Source of the DNA: Eledone cirrhosa
Taxonomy: Eukaryota
Assembly (NCBI GenBank): GCA_964016885.1
Contig: OZ024743.1
Span: 252,030,001 to 252,094,000 of the forward strand
Direction: 5' to 3'
Length of the DNA stretch: 64,000 nucleotides
Shown here piece by piece: positions 26,535 to 38,529 of this stretch; position 1 is the stretch's first letter; every line of letters starts with the position of its first letter. Position numbers and translations under genes: made by a program. Under the pieces are notes generated by a model that saw nothing but the letters and a program-made list of their open reading frames with translations, searched no databases and was not told where the DNA came from.

Positions 26535-26676
26535 TTGCATGTATGTATACATATATATATTTTTTCCCTTTCATCTGAATGTGTGTATGTGTGTGTATAT
26601 GTATGTACACATATGTCTTTTTCTATATTGCTATATATTTTTATTTTTTTTTATTTTTATCCTGCTATTTTTCCAG
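25553..26676. mobile_element. Penelope-like terminal fragment plus ~140-bp inverted repeat (25686-25830 / 26535-26676) enclosing a SINE
   Basis: 25553-25690 matches 29180-29320; atatagcaatatagaaaaagacatatgtgtacatac.. is inverted at ~26600-26640. Confidence 0.6.
26255..26424 (-). mobile_element. Short non-autonomous RTE-tailed element (chimeric SINE-like)
   Basis: Near-identical to 4514-4690 and 38530-38752. Confidence 0.88.
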
Positions 26677-26849
26677 CCTCACTTCCAATTTTTAACAGAT
26701 TTTAAATCTCATTTCATATCTTTTATCTATATCATCTCTATCTGACGACCGATCCAAACGTCTATGTTATTATCGTCTGTGATCCAGAAACCTTTGGTAA
26801 TGGAGTAGTTATATTTTGTGTTGTTCACTTTCTAATTATATATATATAT

Positions 26850-27063
26850 ATGTCAACATGAATGGACCTGGTATTTTTATCTAAAGACATTTTTTCCAAT
26901 TCCATCCCGCTCGTCCCCTCAATCTATTTTATTTCTCATTCTTTCTTCTGATGAAGGACTAGCGTCTGAAACGTTAAGACCCTCTTCCTGCTATATCAAG
27001 CGTTAACCTAATATATACCTTCCATATACTGTACCGATTGTGTTGTTATTTCTATTTACCTTT

Positions 27064-27068
<5 letters not shown>
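26850..27068 (+). mobile_element. ~220-bp hammerhead-bearing repeat (solo Penelope-like pLTR) between (TA)n tracts
   Basis: Second copy at 39852-39956 + 40523-40640; contains a hammerhead at 26944-26978. Confidence 0.75.
26944..26978 (+). ncRNA. Minimal type I hammerhead ribozyme
   Basis: tctt-CTGATGA-aggac tagc gtct-GAA-ACGT-T-aaga: stem I tctt/aaga, short stem II, palindromic stem III, GUU cleavage triplet. Confidence 0.7.
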
Positions 27069-27154
<86 letters not shown>

Positions 27155-27193
27155 GATATTAATAAATGGAAACTATATTTATAAAACCATATT

Positions 27194-27254
27194 TATTCTA
27201 TTATATATATTTCAAGCGTACCAAAACTTTGGTACGCTCTCATCAGATAAAATA
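27194..27254 (-). ncRNA. Minimal type I hammerhead ribozyme (intact core)
   Basis: tattttat-CTGATGA-gagcgtacca aagttt tggtacgctt-GAA-ATATATAT-A-atagaata: 8-bp stem I, ~11-bp stem II, palindromic stem III. Confidence 0.85.
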
Positions 27255-28028
27255 CAAAGTTTGTTTTATAAATATTGACATATCCAGGAAGGAGATCTTA
27301 ACGGTTTAAGTTTTTTTCTTGGATAGCAAAAGGAAAGGGGGGAAAGAGAGGAAAAAATCAAATATTTCAAATTATTAAGATGAATATGCAAATGAGGTTG
27401 AGGTATAGGGCTGAAAACAAACGTTATTTTTAGACGCTAGGTAGATTTAAATAATCATTAAGATATATATATATGTATGAGTAGGAAGAAGAAAGAGAAA
27501 GAAAGAAAAGCTTGTATTTACGTGAATTTAAAAAGAATTAACAGTTTGTAGGAATGGTGGAATATGATTCCAGAATTTAAAAAATATATTTAGCTATATT
27601 TTGAGTTATAATATTAGATTATAACAATCAATTAGATTATATGAAGAATTATGGTTGTAAGTACATTTTGTCTTATTATATTGCAACAGGTTGTAAGTAT
27701 ATAAATCTCTATATAGATTAATAAGTGTGCAAGTATAAGTATTATTTGTGATTTTATAGAAATAAAATACACGTATTAATTGTTTACATTTCTAATATGA
27801 GTTACAAAGGATTTTGATTTTACATTTTACAGAAATATTTAAGAAAAAGAAGTAGTTCAAATTGTAAGAGAAGAACAATTTGTTGATTCAAATATTTTCA
27901 TCCAGCATTGAAAATGTTTTCAGAACATTTTTAATTTAGCGAAATTATATAATTTATCATACAAGTTATCATGTCTATGTTTGCTCAATTGTAAAGGAAA
28001 AGATAACTCCAATATTATTTGCTAACCA

Positions 28029-28225
28029 ATAAGGGCGGTGAATTGGCAGTATCGGTAGAGGGTCGGACGCCATGCTTTGCAGCAAAGAGTTATGGCCCTT
28101 TATGATCTGAGTTCAAATCCCGCTGAGGTTAACTTTGCCTTTCATCCTTACGGGCTCGATAAAATAAAGTACCAGTAATGTACTTGGTAATTTGCTGGCC
28201 TTGTGCCAAAAGTAGAAACAATTAT
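28029..28225 (+). mobile_element. Full-length tRNA-derived SINE (Meta/MESC-like) with 15-bp target-site duplication
   Basis: gggcggtgaattggcagtatcggtagag...gagttcaaatccc; attatttgctaacca at both 28014-28028 and 28221-28235. Confidence 0.9.
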
Positions 28226-28907
28226 TTGCTAACCATTAAATTTGATGAATGATTTGCTTAGAAAGTATGTAGAGAAAATTATATATTATTTTGTGTGAGA
28301 TTATAAGGTATGTTATATTATATGTTTTTCAAGGATGAGAATTTATATTACATATTTTCTACGTCGAAAGATGTGTGAAAAGTTTGAAGATTAAAGAGAG
28401 CAAAATGTATTATTAGATAAGTCAAGAGTGCATTTAGAAGAACTATCGTAAAGAGGAATATCTTTCAGAATGTCAATTAAAGAGTATCAATCTAAATCTA
28501 AAAAATAGATTAAGAGTATCATTAGGAAAAGAATATCAAATGGTAAAAATACTAAATTTAAGAAGGAAGATCATTTAAAAAATTGAAATTTTTTCAAGAA
28601 AAACTCCGTAAATAATAGGATCATTTTAAAGGTGTATAAGATGTAGTCAAGTGTAATAAATATCATAGATTAAAAATACTTCGGAAAGTGGATTTTTGGG
28701 GATGTCTGCAAGAAGTAAATAATTCTGTTTTTAAATTAATAGATTTTTGACAGTTAATTATAAAAAATTTCCTTGATACACAAATGACAGATTCTTGAGA
28801 AAGTCACATTTCGGTCTCTTTCCCCTCTTTCCTTTTACTATCCAGGAAAAACTTGAACCATTAAGATCTCCTTCCTGGATATGTCAATATTTATAAAACA
28901 AACTTTG

Positions 28908-28968
28908 TATTTTATCTGATGAGAGCGTATAAAAGTTTTGGTACACTTAAAATATATATAATAGAATA
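28908..28968 (+). ncRNA. Hammerhead copy in the inverted arm, core damaged (GAAA>AAAA)
   Basis: tattttatCTGATGAgagcgtataaaagttttggtacactt-aaaa-tatatata-atagaata. Confidence 0.6.
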
Positions 28969-29102
28969 AATATGGTTTTATAAATATAGTTTCCATTTAT
29001 TAATATCATTGATATTATACTCCAGAAAACTTGTCGAGTGCTTCGAATCAGTTATAAACATATATATTTGTTAAATTACCAACAAATTAAATACCCCTTT
29101 TG

Positions 29103-29179
<77 letters not shown>

Positions 29180-29182
<3 letters not shown>

Positions 29183-29348
29183 CAAAGGAATTGGGGTAAG
29201 GAACCAGATGGACCATAACGCACCAGAGTACTCAATACTTAAGGTAGTAGAGTGGGAAATAGGAAAAAGTATGACACCGACGGCAGAGCTCAAGCCGTTT
29301 TGACGGCTATTTCTGAGTCCAGAAATAGCCGTCGAGGTCATACTTTTT

Positions 29349-29350
<2 letters not shown>
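29180..29350. mobile_element. Penelope-like terminal fragment with short fold-back and hammerhead 3' half
   Basis: ggaaaaagtatgacaccgacggc is inverted at 29328-29350; related copies at 25553 and 49620 read (minus) GAAA-cggc..gccg-TC-ggggtc. Confidence 0.55.
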
Positions 29351-29380
<30 letters not shown>

Positions 29381-29382
<2 letters not shown>

Positions 29383-29508
29383 TGGTAACACAACAGTTAG
29401 TTCACCATATCGAGAACAATTGTTTCACCTTAGCGGATCTTCAGTTAAAGATCCGCTAAGGTGAAACAATTGTTCTCAATATGGTGAACTAACTGTTGTG
29501 TTACCACT
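29381..29508. repeat. Near-perfect hairpin: 61-bp arms, 6-nt loop, 1 mismatch
   Basis: agtggtaacac...gcggatctt cagtta aagatccgc...gtgttaccact; minus strand across the apex reads CTGAAGA-tccgctaaggt-GAAA-caattg-TT. Confidence 0.95.
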
Positions 29509-29595
29509 CCTACCTAACTCGTCCCATGGACTGAGTGCTCTACCACTACGGATATTACCTTCCAGTGTTCTACCTTTATATATATATATATATAT

Positions 29596-30072
29596 ACGAT
29601 ATTAAACAAATGGAAACTATATTTATAAAACCATATTTATTTCGTTATATATATTTCTGGGATATCATATTAAAAATATGTTATGCCTTCCTCAGACAAA
29701 ATACAATACATAAGCTGTTTTATAAATAATTAGTGACATACCTTGTGAGAATGCAACTTCCTTTTAAAAAAGTTGATTTAAAAAAGTTGATTTGGTACTA
29801 CCAAATCAACTTTTTTAAAAGGAAGTTGCATTCTCACAAGGTATGTCACTAATTATTTATAAAACAGCTTATGTATTGTATTTTGTCTGAGGAAGGCATA
29901 ACATATTTTTAATATGATATCCCAGAAATATATATAACGAAATAAATATGGTTTTATAAATATAGTTTCCATTTGTTTAATATCGTAAACCTACTCCAGA
30001 AACTGTCGAGTGCTTTTATATCAGTTATAAAATATTTACTCATTGTAACCCAACAATCTTAAATAAAACTTT

Positions 30073-30076
<4 letters not shown>
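29596..30076. mobile_element. Fold-back Penelope-like pLTR: ~190-bp near-perfect inverted arms (29596-29986) plus 3' extension, flanked by (TA)n
   Basis: Arms meet at ggtactacc (~29793-29801); 14-bp duplication aaaaaagttgattt in the left arm; homologous to the 28815-29103 arm. Confidence 0.88.
29880..29943 (+). ncRNA. Minimal type I hammerhead ribozyme (mirror copy on minus strand at ~29639-29702)
   Basis: attttgt-CTGAGGA-agg..catatt ttt aatatg..ccca-GAA-ATATATAT-A-acgaaat. Confidence 0.75.
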
Positions 30077-30125
<49 letters not shown>

Positions 30126-30126
30126 G

Positions 30127-31010
30127 TGACAGTATAGAAGCCCTTGTGCTTAAGCAACGACTCCGTTGGAGTGGTCACCTTGCCAGGATGAAGGATTCTA
30201 GAATACCAAAACAACTCTTTTATGGAGAGTTAGTTAAAGGAAAACGATCGCCACATAAACCAAAAAAAGAGGTATAAGGATTCCTTGAAAGCCTCTTTGA
30301 AAAACGCTAACATCTCTGCTGATACATGAGAAAATATTGCTGCTGATCGTAATAAATGGCGAAAGACTGTATATGGGGGAAAAGTTGCCTTTGAGGCATC
30401 TCGAATCGCATACAAGAAAGTAAAGAGGGATATGAGGAAGGGCATTGCTGTTGCACCTCCAGACGGCGAGGGTCCTCCTATGGTGCTGACATGCAGCGTC
30501 TGTGCGAGACTCTGCCTAAGCAAAGCTGGACTCGAAAGTCATCTTTGTAGTCATAAAGTAAGACCAGTAGTTGACTACCAGGCTGCTGTTAGAGATGCTA
30601 CTCATCATGCATGCCAAGCATGTGGTAAATCAGCATGTAAATTAGCAGGAGGGCTCAAACGACATGCAAAAGTACATGAACTCCAACCACAGCCGGCTAT
30701 TCCCACTGAATGTTTTGGGTGCCGACTCTGTGCAAGACATTTTAGATCATTGGGTGGGCTAAAAAGCTACATTTGATCGCAGTGCTGTTAATTGGTATAG
30801 TGTGTGTGTGTATATAGATATGTTTATGTGTGTGTGTGTGTGTGTGTATATATTATGTATATTATTATTGTTGTTGTTGTTGTTATTATTATTATTGTTG
30901 TTATTATTAATATTATTGTTATTATTATGCTTTTGTTTTTTTTTCTCTTGCAATGGTCATACTCGATAACGAGGGGGCAGCCATCATGTATGTATGTATG
31001 TATGTATGTA
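30127..31010 (+). mobile_element. RTE LINE family D 3' end with three C2H2 zinc fingers and (ATGT)n tail
   Basis: SIEALVLKQRLRWSGHLARMKDSRIPKQLFYGEL..; CSVC..LESH..H, CQAC..LKRH..H, CRLC..LKS; tail tggtcatactcgataacgagggggcagccatc(atgt)n; interrupted by microsatellites. Confidence 0.85.
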
Positions 31011-31011
31011 T

Positions 31012-31628
31012 ATTTGTCACCAGTTGGTGCTACTGGTAATATGTATCCCAGTACAACCTGTTTCATGGTCAGGCCGTTGGCGACTAAACTGGCAACCCCA
31101 CAAAGGTTTTTTGGTGAGGAGAGTGACTTTGGACATGCTGCAGGACTAAAAACAAAACCTGTCAAAGGGCAAAGGAGCTCTTAAGAGTCAATGGCCATCC
31201 AAAATCACCGGGAGAGATGACCCCTTAGCCTTTGTCAAGGCAGAATTCTAGGAGAAGGAAAACTCAGATATAACACCTGCAACCCTGATGGTATCCAATG
31301 ATGTTGACTTGTTCTTCTCTTTGGTAAATATCATCTTGGTTAAGAGAGTGGGACTGGCTTTGTGCAGTGCCTTTGCTCACTATAAAAGCTTCACGGCACA
31401 GGCATTGCTTTATATCTGGAGATCTCTCTGCACTTGTCATCACAGGGTACCATGGGCCCAGTACTATGTGTCAGTAATTGTCACAAGTGTAGTGTTTGTA
31501 CCAGAGTTTTCAAGTCGCTGGCTGGACTAAAAAGTCACACTTGTTCAGCGCATCGGTAGGGTTTCTCCTACATGGATATAAAGTAGTGGCCGTACTCGAA
31601 AACGAGTTGGCAGCCACCATGTATATTT
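31012..31628 (+). mobile_element. Bipartite non-autonomous RTE derivative (5'UTR-like part + C2H2/3' end)
   Basis: ctaaactggcaacccc..gaaggaaaactc RTE-5'-like motifs; [19 protein letters not shown]; tail matches family D; second copy inverted at 36635-37232. Confidence 0.75.
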
Positions 31629-31675
31629 GTATATGTGTATATGTACATGTATATATATGTATATAAATATATATG

Positions 31676-31726
<51 letters not shown>

Positions 31727-31732
31727 ATATAC

Positions 31733-31801
<69 letters not shown>

Positions 31802-31804
31802 GTT

Positions 31805-32469
<665 letters not shown>

Positions 32470-32587
32470 TATGTATATGCATATATATGTATATCATCAT
32501 CATCATCATTTTATATACATATACATATGTATATACATTGTATATACATATATATGTATACACACACATATATATATATATATATAT

Positions 32588-33610
32588 ATGAATAAAGTTA
32601 ATCCTTCATCAGTGATCTTCCAACCTTCATTGGTATTTCATCGCTTTAAAGACCATATACCTCCGGTTGGTGCGAGCAACGGCTAAAGAAAGTCATTGGG
32701 ACACGTAAATAAGGGGAATGAGCGAGACTGTAAACAATCAAAGATGGTAAAGCAACGAAAATGAGGAAGAAGGAGTCAAGTCCCAGATTTCTATGAATAT
32801 AAGTTCTGTGAAATCGTGGACGAGAGAGAATAAAGACCATCAAACCTAGTCGAAATGTGAGCAAGGAAATAATTCCGCACAGGTCAAATGAGAGGAAGAA
32901 GGAGTCTAGTCCCTGAATTCGGTGAACATAAGTTCTGTGAAATCGTAGATAAGAGAGAAAAAAAAGGAACAACCAACCTGGTCATGTGTGTGCGAGAAAA
33001 GAATTCTGCACAGGTCAAACGGGAAGAAGTAGGAGATTGTGTAGAAGAGAGTGAGTGAGTGAAGGGTGAGGAAGAGGCTAACAGAGAGAGTGACTGTTAG
33101 AGAGGGTAAAGGGAGGTGAAAGATACAGAGAAAGAGGAAGCAGTAAGAATGAAATAGACGGCTCACAGCGGAGGAAAATATATGTGTGAATATGAAAACA
33201 AAACGTGCTGCGTGGTTGCAAATGGGTTACATATGAATAAAGTTAGTCCTTCATCAGTGATCTTCCGACCTTCATGGTATTTCATCGCTTTAAAGACCAT
33301 ATATCTCCGGTTGGTGCGAGCAATGGCTAAAGAAAGTCGTTGGGACACGTAAATAAGGGGAATGAGCGAGACTGTAAACAATCAAAGATGGTAATGCAAC
33401 GAAAAGTGAGGAAAAAGGAGTCAGGTCCCAGAATTCTATGAATATAAGTCCTGTGAAATCGTGAACGAGAGAGAATAAAGACCATCAAACCTAGTCGAAA
33501 TGTGAGCAAGGAAATAATTCCGCACAGGTCAAACGGGAGGAAGAAGGAGTCTAGTCCCTGAATTCGGTGGACATAAGTTCTGTGAAATCGTAGACAAGAG
33601 AGTAAAAAAA
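32588..33610. repeat. Direct repeat pair (~375 bp; 32588-32965 and 33233-33610), each with an internal ~125-bp duplication, flanked by (TA)n
   Basis: atgaataaagtta(a/g)tccttcatcagtgatcttcc...ctgtgaaatcgtaga(t/c)aagagag occurs twice. Confidence 0.9.
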
Positions 33611-33753
33611 ATAAATGTATATACATATATATGTATATATATATATGTGTATATGTTTATTTTTGTTTATGTGTATATATTTATTTTTTTTCTCTCTTGT
33701 ATGTATATATAATCCCCCACTCCCTCTATATATATTACTCTCTTTATCTCCCC

Positions 33754-33797
<44 letters not shown>

Positions 33798-35504
33798 ATT
33801 GTTTATCTCTATTTAACTCTATACAGTCCAACAACTACAGCTTTAATAAAGCTCAGTGAATCCATAATGAAACACTTGTCAGTTATTCAAGAGACCTTTC
33901 ATTCACACCTTACTTAGTCACTGATTTTCCTGTTCAATGAGGCTCTAATTGCTTCAAAACCTCCTCATCATCACCAACACTGTCATAGTAACATTGCCCT
34001 CATCATCATCATCATCACCATCTCCGTTATTGTCAACATTGCCCTCATCACCATCATCATCATCACCATTATCATCATCACCATCTCTGTTATTGTTGTC
34101 ATCATCATCACCACCATCATCAATATTGCCATTACTGTAGAAGAGCTTAAGAAGAAATCCTGGCTGTGGAAGCAGAATATAGAACCAAAAGAGTTAAAAG
34201 TAAACTTGGCCTAAACCAAAGTTTGTGTATGTAGGGAAAAAAGACCTAACCCTGATCTTATCCAGAAAATAGTCTTGCTTGTTATGTAAAGGAGTGGGTA
34301 GAAACACTTTAATTTTTTATGATACAGTCAAAATGCTGTTTTGTACATTTCAAAAATGTTTAGATAATATAATTTCATGAGGTTTGGTAATTCAAGTGTT
34401 TATATAGTTGACCAATCATTAACATTTGCAAAAATTAGTGTAAATACTTTAATATTTTAATGTGATGCAGATATAGTGCTGTTTTGTACTTTTCAAAAAT
34501 ATTTTCCTAATATGGTTTCATGTGGTACAGGACGTTGAGATTTAAGGAAGTGTCAAAATAAGCAGGAACTGTCTTTATGGGTTTGGTTTATGTGAAAACT
34601 GATTGCCAGCAACAACTGTTTTTCATGATCATTCTCAGATCTCAGACAGAAAGGAGAAATGTCTGTCTTGAAATGTTCTACTTCTTTTCCCTTCTCCATC
34701 CCTGCTTACTTCAGCATCTTTCCATCTCTTGGTTAGAGAACTATCAACACCTACCATTACCTTCACTATCATCATCATTACCACTCTCATCAGAACCATC
34801 ATCAACATCATTACCACCATCACTACCACTATTATCATCATCATCCCCAGCAAGAACGCAACCATCACCACCATTAACTTCACTGTCAACATCATTATCA
34901 CTCCCATCAACACCACCACAACCACAGCCATCATCATCATCATCAACACTATCAGCAATATCACCACCATCATCACCACCAAACACTTCACCCACACCAA
35001 ATTCAACCCATATGTCTCCAAACTTGCAGGAAATTTTACTTCTGAATTCTCTCTCTCTCTCTCTCTCAATCAGATTAAACTTCAAATGCCATTCTTTATC
35101 ATCAACATCATCATCACTGTCACATTCCTCTGCCTCCTCCTCATCATCATTATCATCATCACAAATGATGTCAGTGGATAGTCTTGCTTACAAAAGTTTT
35201 AGTTTTGGTATGCTTTTTATAGCTGGATGCCCTTCCTATTACCAACCACATTACAGATTGTACTGGGTGTGTATTATCATGGCATTGGACTAGGAAGTTT
35301 GTCAAACCCAAAACATTTTCTCATCTTAAACCTTAGAGAATCATGGGACAAAAATTGCGAGTGCCTGTTTTTGTGAGTATGTGGGTGTGTACTTGTTTCT
35401 GTGAGTATGTGCGTGAGTGTACTGCTTATGTGAGGATGTATATGAATGGGTGTGTATGCGAACATGCATATACCTCTCTGTGTTAACATGTATATATGTA
35501 TATG

Positions 35505-35733
35505 GCACCCAGCGCACACTGTAAAATGAACATGTAAAAGACATGGTAAAAAGCACCCAGCACACACTGTAAATGTGGTTGGCATTAGGAAGGGCATCCA
35601 GCAGTAGAAAACCGACCAGAAACAATCCTATATGAGCGAGACACGGTCACTTGACCCAACTTGCCTCTAAATGGGACAAACCCGTCTAACCCATGGTAGC
35701 ATGAAAGATCGACGTTAAATGAGGATGATGATA
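35505..35733 (+). mobile_element. RTE-tailed SINE / LINE 3'UTR fragment
   Basis: aaaagcacccagcacacactgtaaatgtggttggcattaggaagggcatccagc..aacccatggtagcatgaaagatcgacgttaaatga. Confidence 0.85.
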
Positions 35734-36387
35734 TGTGGCTGTTTGTGCGAGCAGAAATCTGTGTGAGTGTGTATGTATCAACATTTGTGTAGCTGTCTAT
35801 ATTAGAAGATATGTGTGTGTGTATATGTGTGCCTGTCTATTTGAGCATGTATATATGCATGTCTATTTGTGTTCCTGTTTGTTTGAGCAGATATGTGTGT
35901 GTGTATGTATATGGCTACGCTTGTGTGTCTGTCTATGGGATCATGTATACATGTGTGTGTGTATCGGTGTGCTTGACATTGTGAACATGTGTATGTGGTT
36001 ATGGGAGGCACAGATGACTGTGTTAGGAGGTTTGTAGACAACCAGTCTATGCTTCATTTAAGCTTCCATTCCAGTTTGGACTACAATGCTCTGGGGAATC
36101 TCTTGGAAGTCCTTATGTCCAGTTATCTCCCCTTTGGATGCAGTACAAATAATCATCTTCTGATATATGGAAAAACATACTAACAAACACCACAGACATA
36201 TATATCATATTTGCATTAGATCAAATTCATTGATATATAGGCATACACACACACTCATACATAAACTTACATATATATCTGTGTATGTGTATGTATATAT
36301 ATATATATATGTGTGTGTGTGTCTGTGTGTGTCTGTATATGTGTGTGTGTGTACATCTGTATATATATTCAAACACACACACACACT

Positions 36388-36424
<37 letters not shown>

Positions 36425-36634
36425 TGTGTGTATAAGGTAGAGATGTTGAAAACTGATCTCAAGCTACAATATCTCAACAAGAACAAAGGGAAGAATTGCT
36501 CTGCTAGAGAAGACTTATGTAACCCACACAACATAATAAACAGGCATAGAATCTATTATCATAATGGTACACATATATATACACATACATACATACACAC
36601 ATACATACACATATACATACACACATGCATACAT

Positions 36635-37232
36635 ACATGGTGGCTGCCAACTCGTTTTCGAGTATGGCCACTACTATATATCCATGTAGGAGAACCCCTA
36701 CCGAACCCCTACGAGTGTGACTTTCTAGTCCAGCCATTGACTTGAAAACTCTGGTACAAACACTATGCTTGTGACAATTATTGACACATAGTGCTGGGCC
36801 CATGGTACCATGTGACGACAAGTACAGAGAGATCTCCAGATATAAAGCAATGCCTGTGCCGTGAAGCTTTTATAGTGAGCAAAGGCACTGCACAAAGCCA
36901 GTCCCACTCTCTTAACCAAGATGATATTTACCAAAAAGAAGAACAAGTCAACATCATTGAATACCATCAGGGTTGCAGGTGTTATATCAGAGTTTTCCTT
37001 CTCGTTGACAAAGGCTAAGGGGTCATCTCTCCCGGTGATTTTGGATGGCCATTGACTCTTAAGAGCTCCTTTGCCCTTTTGACAGGTTTTGTTTTTAGTC
37101 CTGCAGGATGTCCAAAGTCACCCTCCTCACCAAGAAACCTTTGTGAGGTTGCCAGTTTAGTTACCAACGACCCGACCATGAGACAGGTTGTACTGGAATA
37201 CATGTTACCAGTAGCACCAACTGGTGACCTGA
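36635..37232 (-). mobile_element. Bipartite non-autonomous RTE derivative, inverted copy of 31012-31628
   Basis: Colinear reverse-complement similarity over ~600 bp. Confidence 0.85.
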
Positions 37233-37689
37233 CATACATACATACATACATATATGCACACATTCATACATACATACATGCATACACACATACATACATA
37301 CATTACATTCATATATACATATATACATACATGATGTCTGCAACTCAATTTTGTGTAATGCCATCACTTGATACTTAAGCATGAGCATCATGGAACAGGC
37401 TTTTTAGCCCTGCTAGCGATTTGCCTATGGCCAGCAATACCATGCATTGCAATGAAACGTCACCTATCGAGAAATGCTTGTGCTAGAAGCTTTTTTAGGT
37501 GAGGAAAGGCTTTGTATGGGGGCCAATCGTACTATCTGAACATTGAATGCATTTTCTCATACATACATACATGCACACATATTCATACATACATACATTT
37601 GTCCATACATACATACGTACATATATATTCAATCCATACATACATATAAACATATTCAATCCACACATACATATTCAATCCATAAACAC

Positions 37690-37950
37690 ATACATACATA
37701 TATATTCCATCTACACATTCATACATATATATTCCATCTACACATACATACATATGTATTCCATCTACACATACATACATATATATTCCATCTACACATA
37801 CATACATATGTATTCCATCTACACATACATACATACATATTCCATCTACACATACATACATATATATTCCATCTACACATACATACATACATACATATTC
37901 CATCTACACATACATACATACATATTCCATCTACACATACATACATATTC
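37690..37950. repeat. 28-32-bp minisatellite (tattccatctacacatacatacata..)
   Basis: ~8 copies of attccatctacaca. Confidence 0.92.
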
Positions 37951-38529
37951 AATCCAATCTGAGCCGTCTTGAAGGAATCCCTCCCTGATTAACATCCACT
38001 GATTTGTGTTTGGTTTTGGTCATGTCAGGGTTGTAGCTGTATTCCCCACCCCTGACCATTTGTGGCTGGGTGAGGCTATTTAACCCATAGTTGGGATGGA
38101 TGGGCATTGACTTTGAGGAATTCATCAACCCTTTTAACAGTTCTAGTTTTTTATGCAACTGGACTTTCACTTACCCTCCTCACAAGACACTGGTCTGGTG
38201 AGGGTGCCATTTTAGTCACTGACCACTTGTCCATGAAGTAGCTAACCAACCTGCGCACTTCGTCGAGTGCTCCAGCCTGCATACTGAGGTGTTGGTATAC
38301 AACCAACATAAACTCAAAATATATATACATATATATATATATCATCATCATCATCATCATCATCGTTTAATGTCCATCTTCCACGCTAGCATGGATATAT
38401 AATATGTAGATTCCCAAGTTGTGTTGGGAGCGGGGTAACCACAGCTAAAAATGGTTCTCAGTACATTGGTAGAGTATAAGTATCTTTATTATATATAGAA
38501 ATGATTTCTACAGGACTACAACTGTTTCA

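Larger units (their letters stand above)
27152..29103 (-). mobile_element. Decayed Penelope-like element with inverted pLTR arms (27152-27349 / 28815-29010), flanked by (TA)n
   Basis: ~195-bp inverted arms, each with a hammerhead; minus-strand remnants IYFL..PKIH (~28690-28720), SFDVENM* (~28350-28372) and IYILTTCCN (~27680-27706, GIY-YIG-like). Confidence 0.8.

Noticed and set aside
26740-26770. Possible hammerhead ctgacgaccgatccaaacgtc
   Set aside because: No GAAA and no convincing stem I or stem II
30432-30776. Host C2H2 zinc-finger gene exon
   Set aside because: Continuous with RTE C-terminal motifs upstream and followed by the RTE tail
34577-35293. 238-aa Ser/Pro-rich ORF and other poly-His/Ile/Met/Thr ORFs (23505-23911, 24755-25225, 47525-48545)
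   Set aside because: Degenerate (CAT)/(CAC)n low-complexity DNA that is open in several frames on both strands
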